From an uncultured Clostridia bacterium (GTDB lineage Bacteria > Bacillota > Clostridia > Christensenellales > CAG-917), in assembly GCA_944332995.1 (NCBI GenBank), contig CALVKR010000007.1, positions 9,859-73,858 of the forward strand: DNA of 64,000 nt. Direction: 5' to 3'. Below are positions 59,703-64,000 of the stretch, in pieces (position 1 is the stretch's first letter; the number at the start of each line of letters is the position of its first letter). A program made the position numbers and the translations under genes. The notes beneath the pieces are model-generated. The model made no database searches. It had not been told where the DNA came from and was given only the letters and a program-made list of their open reading frames with translations.

Positions 59703-60461
59703 TTAAATGCGTATCGAAACGCCCTCCTTTGATAATCTTTGTTTAAGTTCGGATATACTCACTTCTTTAAAGTGGAATATCGAAGCGGCGAGCCCTGCGT
59801 CCACTTTGGGCAGAGTTTTAAATAAGGTGACAAAATCGTCTATACAGCCTGCGCCGCCCGAAGCAATGACGGGGACGTTGGTAACCGAACAAATTTTGTC
59901 AAGCATCTCAAGGTCAAAGCCTTGCTTCACGCCGTCGGTATCTATACTGTTTAAAACTATTTCGCCTGCGCCGTCGCCCACGCCCTTTTTAGCCCATTCT
60001 ATAGCGTCTATCCCCGTATTCTCTCTGCCGCCTTTGGCGAACACGGTAAACTTTCCGTCCACCCTCTTTACGTCCATGGACAGCACGACGCACTGGTCGC
60101 CGTATCTTTTTGCCGCCTCGGATATGAGTTTGGGATTTTTTATTGCGCCGCTGTTTACGCTGACTTTATCCGCTCCGCACTTTAAAACTCTGTCAAAATC
60201 GTCGACGGTGTTTATCCCTCCGCCAACGGTGAGCGGAATGAATATCTGCCTTGCGACGTCGAGCAATATGTCGGTAAACAGCGCCCTGCCCTCTGCCGAT
60301 GCGGTTATGTCGTAAAATACGAGTTCATCCGCCCCCGATTCGTTGTAAAACTTGGCAAGTTCCACGGGGCTTTCGACGTCTTTGACGCCTAAAAAATTTA
60401 CGCCTTTTACCACTCTGCCATCCTTAATGTCGAGGCAAGGTATAATTCTTTTAGCGAGCAT
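59703..60461 (-). CDS. hisF: imidazole glycerol phosphate synthase cyclase subunit
   Basis: MLAKRIIPCLD, GADELVFYDITAS, ASGGAG, LAASIFH. Confidence 0.97.
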   Translation of the reverse strand: MLAKRIIPCLDIKDGRVVKGVNFLGVKDVESPVELAKFYNESGADELVFYDITASAEGRALFTDILLDVARQIFIPLTVGGGINTVDDFDRVLKCGADKVSVNSGAIKNPKLISEAAKRYGDQCVVLSMDVKRVDGKFTVFAKGGRENTGIDAIEWAKKGVGDGAGEIVLNSIDTDGVKQGFDLEMLDKICSVTNVPVIASGGAGCIDDFVTLFKTLPKVDAGLAASIFHFKEVSISELKQRLSKEGVSIRI

Positions 60462-61171
60462 TATTCTTCCTCCTTTACCGCCTCGGCAAGGCAGAGTTTC
60501 TTTTCATAAAGCGCCTTTCCCAAAATGGCGCCCCATATCCCCATCTGTTTCAACTGCCTTATCTCATCTACGCTCGAGATACCGCCCGACGCCGTGACTT
60601 TGAGTCCCTTTATCTCGGACAGTCTTTTAAAAGCGGAAAGATTTGTTCCCTTCAACATTCCGTCGGTGGCTATGTCTGTGTATATGACGCTCGTAACGCC
60701 TGCGTCATACAGTTTTTTGCAAAACTCGAAACTGTCTGTATCCGACACTTCCTGCCAGCCGTGCGTTGCCACCCTTTCGTTTTTGGCGTCCACACCCACG
60801 GCTATCATATCTTTGAACTCTTTTACCGCCTCGACAACAAAGTCAAAGTTTTTTATCGCTACCGTGCCCAGAATAACTCTGTCGACGCCGATTTTTTGAT
60901 AAGCCTCTATCTTTTGCATATCCCTTATGCCGCCTCCCACTTCGACGAACATATCGAGGCTTTTGAGGTTTTTTATCACCTCAAAATTTACCGGACTGCC
61001 CGCCTTAGCTCCGTCGAGGTCGACAACGTGAAGGTGCGTCGCTCCGTCGGCGATAAACGAGCGTGCGACGGACAACGGATCGTCGGAATACAAAGTCTTT
61101 TTGGAATAATCGCCCTGAGAGAGCCTGACCACCTTTTTATCTATAAGGTCTATCGCAGGAAATATTTTCAT
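60461..61171 (-). CDS. hisA: ProFAR isomerase
   Basis: IFPAIDL, LHVVDLDGA, GGGIR, TDI..DG.L.G. Confidence 0.96.
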   Translation of the reverse strand: MKIFPAIDLIDKKVVRLSQGDYSKKTLYSDDPLSVARSFIADGATHLHVVDLDGAKAGSPVNFEVIKNLKSLDMFVEVGGGIRDMQKIEAYQKIGVDRVILGTVAIKNFDFVVEAVKEFKDMIAVGVDAKNERVATHGWQEVSDTDSFEFCKKLYDAGVTSVIYTDIATDGMLKGTNLSAFKRLSEIKGLKVTASGGISSVDEIRQLKQMGIWGAILGKALYEKKLCLAEAVKEEE

Positions 61172-61782
61172 ACTTTCACCTCGCTGAACGCCTGTAAAAT
61201 TTTAAGTCCCGTCTTTCCGCTCTTTTCCGGGTGAAACTGCGTGCCGAACACGCTTTCGTTTTGCACCACCGCAGTGACGGGCGTTCCGTAATCGGTATAG
61301 GCGACAAGCGACTTATCGCACTCTTTAGCGTAAAAGCTGTGCACGAAATATACGAAGTCGCCTTCCGAAACGTATTTTAAAATGGGGCTGTCCTTTACAA
61401 TTTTAAGGCTGTTCCAACCCATTTGAGGCACTTTAAGATGCGACGGAATATCGCCCGACAGCGGACAGACTTTTCCGCCTACGAGTTTTAAACCTTCCGT
61501 TTTTCCGTATTCGAGGCTATAATCGAAAAGCAGCTGCATACCGAGGCATATCCCCAAAAACGGCTTGCCCTCTTTGGCGAGAGTTATAAGCGGCTCGGTA
61601 AGCTCCATAGCGTCAAGTTTGTCCTTTGCGTCCTTGAACGCCCCGACTCCCGGCAGAATTATTTTTTCGCAGTCCTTTATTTTGTTTATGTCCGACGTGA
61701 CGGTGCTGTCTATCCCTAAATACTTAAGCGACGAAGCAAGCGAAAACAGATTCCCGACACCGTAGTCCACTATAGCAATCAT
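61168..61782 (-). CDS. hisH: imidazole glycerol phosphate synthase glutaminase subunit
   Basis: [27 protein letters not shown]. Confidence 0.96.
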   Translation of the reverse strand: MIAIVDYGVGNLFSLASSLKYLGIDSTVTSDINKIKDCEKIILPGVGAFKDAKDKLDAMELTEPLITLAKEGKPFLGICLGMQLLFDYSLEYGKTEGLKLVGGKVCPLSGDIPSHLKVPQMGWNSLKIVKDSPILKYVSEGDFVYFVHSFYAKECDKSLVAYTDYGTPVTAVVQNESVFGTQFHPEKSGKTGLKILQAFSEVKV

Positions 61783-62366
61783 AAAGCTCCTTTGCTCGAC
61801 GGCACTTTGCCCTTTAAGCTCTCGTCTATTTTTACCGCAGCTCTGAGCGCACGGGCAAACGCTTTAAAAACACATTCTATTATGTGGTGCGTATTTTTTC
61901 CCGCAAGCTGAATAAAATCGAGCGTAACTTCCGCTTTGCGGCAAAATCCCCAGAAGAATTCTTCCACCAGCTCCGTATCGAAATCGCCCACTTTCGCCTG
62001 TTTTAAAATAAGGTCGTATAAAAGATAGCACCTGCCCGAGATATCCACGGCGCACATAACAAGCGACTCGTCCATAGGAATGGTGACGTCGGCATAACGG
62101 CAGATACCTCCCTTGTCGCCGAGCGCCTTTTTAAACGCCTCGCCGAACGCTATGCCGATATCTTCTACCGTGTGGTGATAATCCACTTTGGTATCGCCTT
62201 TGCATTTGACGGCAAGGTCAAACCTCGAATGCGCAGACACAAGCTCGAGCATGTGATCCAAAAATCCGCAGCCCGTATCTATGTCGCAAACGCCGTCGCC
62301 GTCTAAATTGAGGCTGAGCGAAATATCCGTTTCGTTTGTCTTTCTTTCTATTTTTGCTTCTCTCAT
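61779..62366 (-). CDS. hisB: imidazoleglycerol-phosphate dehydratase
   Basis: R.T.ETDI, FLDHML, HHTVED, N.HH..E..FKA. Confidence 0.97.
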   Translation of the reverse strand: MREAKIERKTNETDISLSLNLDGDGVCDIDTGCGFLDHMLELVSAHSRFDLAVKCKGDTKVDYHHTVEDIGIAFGEAFKKALGDKGGICRYADVTIPMDESLVMCAVDISGRCYLLYDLILKQAKVGDFDTELVEEFFWGFCRKAEVTLDFIQLAGKNTHHIIECVFKAFARALRAAVKIDESLKGKVPSSKGAL

Positions 62367-63415
62367 AAAATCTCCTTCACGGCGGCGATAAACGCTTGCA
62401 TTTCCTGCGCCGAGCCGATTGTGATTCTGATAAAATCTTTTATTCTCTCATCGCCCAGGTATCTGACGAGTATACCCTTTTCCTTTAAGGCGAGGTATAA
62501 ATTTTTGCCCTGCATTTTGTCCGTCCTCGCCAAAAGAAAATTGGCGCTGCTGTTTAATACTTCAAAACCGAGGCTAATGAGCTCTTTTTTTGTGTATTCC
62601 CTTGCTTCGACGACTTTTTTTGTGCATTGCTCGAAATACGCAACGTCTTTCATTGCCTCAACGCCTGCCTCAATCGGCAAAGTCCCGAGGTTGTAGGGAT
62701 TAAAACTGAATTTAACCGTTTCGAGATCGCAGACTAGCTTGCCGTTCGCTATGGCATAACCTATTCTTCCTCCTGCGAGATTTCTCGACTTGGAGAAAGT
62801 GGAAACCAAAATCAAATTGTCGTATTTTTTTACAAGCTCTATGCAGCTTTTGCCGCCAAAGTCGCAATACGCCTCGTCCACTATGACCACCCTGTCAGCT
62901 TTCGCCCTGACGAGCGATTCGATATCTTCAAGACTTTCAAATATCCCCGTCTGAGCGTTTGGGTTGGCGATAATCACGTTGCCCTGCGTCTTTTTCAACC
63001 CGTCGAAATCGGCGGTAAAATCTTCTTTTAAAGCAACTACCTCCGACTTTATATTGAAAAGCTCGGCATACACCTTGTAAAATCCGTAGGTCACGTCAAA
63101 GTATGCCATAGGCGTTTTGCCGTCGCAGAACGCCATAAAGCAAAACGCCAAAATCTCGTCCGAGCCGTTTGACACTGTCACCATGTCCTCGTCCACGCCG
63201 TAGCGGTTTGCTATTGCCTGCTTTAAACTCAGTGCCGTCGGGTCGCTATATAAATTTAAAAGGTTTGCTTTGCTCTGTATTGCTTCAACGACTTTGGGCG
63301 ACGGGGCAAAAGGCGACTCGTTCGTATTCAGCTTTATATACTTCCTGTCACGTGGCTGTTCGCCGGGCGTGTAGGGAGTTAAATTGTCGTGTGTTTTAGA
63401 AAAAAATCTGCTCAT
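62363..63415 (-). CDS. hisC: histidinol-phosphate aminotransferase
   Basis: KLNTNESP, NGSDE, NPN, VDEAY, TFSKS..LAG.RIGY. Confidence 0.95.
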   Translation of the reverse strand: MSRFFSKTHDNLTPYTPGEQPRDRKYIKLNTNESPFAPSPKVVEAIQSKANLLNLYSDPTALSLKQAIANRYGVDEDMVTVSNGSDEILAFCFMAFCDGKTPMAYFDVTYGFYKVYAELFNIKSEVVALKEDFTADFDGLKKTQGNVIIANPNAQTGIFESLEDIESLVRAKADRVVIVDEAYCDFGGKSCIELVKKYDNLILVSTFSKSRNLAGGRIGYAIANGKLVCDLETVKFSFNPYNLGTLPIEAGVEAMKDVAYFEQCTKKVVEAREYTKKELISLGFEVLNSSANFLLARTDKMQGKNLYLALKEKGILVRYLGDERIKDFIRITIGSAQEMQAFIAAVKEIL

Positions 63416-64000
63416 TTTTCCTCCGAAAAACGAATGGCAACGCTGTTTGCGTGCGCCGTAAGCCCCTCAGATTGCGCAAAAGAAATAACGTCGTCTTTTA
63501 CCTGTCTTAAAGCGTCCTCGCTATAATAAATATACGACGAGCGTTTTACATAGTCAAGTGCGTTGAGCGGCGAGGAAAATTTTGCCGTTCCCGACGTGGG
63601 AAGGGTGTGATTGGGTCCTGCATAGTAGTCGCCGAGCGGTTCGGGCGTGTTGTATCCCATAAATATCGAGCCTGCGTGTTTGACTTCACAAAGATAATCG
63701 AACGGATTTGCCACCATGAGCTCGAGGTGTTCGGGCGCAATTTCGTTTGCTATCTCCACGCCTTTCTTTAAATCGCTCACCACTATTATTTTGCTCATAT
63801 TGTCAACCGAAGCCCTCGCTATCTCTTTTCTTGACAGTTTGTTTAACTGAACCTCGATTTGAGATTGCACGCTCTTGGCAAGGTTGGGACTGTCCGTTAT
63901 AAGCACGGCGCTGGCAAGACGGTCGTGTTCTGCCTGCGACAGAAGGTCTGCCGCCACCACCTCCGGTTTTGCGCCGCTGTCGGCTATTACCAAAATCTCG
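63412..64000 (-). CDS. hisD: histidinol dehydrogenase, 3' part (start lies outside the window)
   Basis: DLLSQAEH, APEHLEL, GDY.AGPNH.LPT. Confidence 0.95.
   Translation of the reverse strand, partial: EILVIADSGAKPEVVAADLLSQAEHDRLASAVLITDSPNLAKSVQSQIEVQLNKLSRKEIARASVDNMSKIIVVSDLKKGVEIANEIAPEHLELMVANPFDYLCEVKHAGSIFMGYNTPEPLGDYYAGPNHTLPTSGTAKFSSPLNALDYVKRSSYIYYSEDALRQVKDDVISFAQSEGLTAHANSVAIRFSEEK

Overview
Chromosomal window from a spore-forming, Clostridia-like Firmicute (spoIIE, spoIIR, sleB-ypeB, sigH). The lineage is inferred from gene content only. Most of it is housekeeping: tilS-hpt-CCA enzyme-rmuC, pgm, mrnC-rlmB-sigH, rpsF-ssb-rpsR and the his operon. The centre holds an ~18-kb nitrogen/glutamine cluster (carB, carA, pyrG, asnB, an Amt-PII fusion and GS III on the minus strand; a three-piece glutamate synthase, a short GS I-like gene and an ANTAR protein on the plus strand). 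Best candidate for an undescribed system: two divergent consensus promoters, each followed by one ANTAR-type hairpin overlapping an intrinsic terminator, plus a degenerate GS I-like protein encoded next to a non-phosphorylatable ANTAR regulator. I infer a GS-as-sensor antitermination circuit. Other highlights: an AT-rich TIR plus membrane-domain fusion gene (candidate defence gene), a 1.45-kb mosaic of palindromic repeats downstream of tRNA-Pro(CGG), a monocistronic Cys-rich microprotein, a cobalamin riboswitch controlling B12-uptake genes beside a split MetH, and several apparently leaderless genes. All family calls come from motif recognition by eye; no searches were run.
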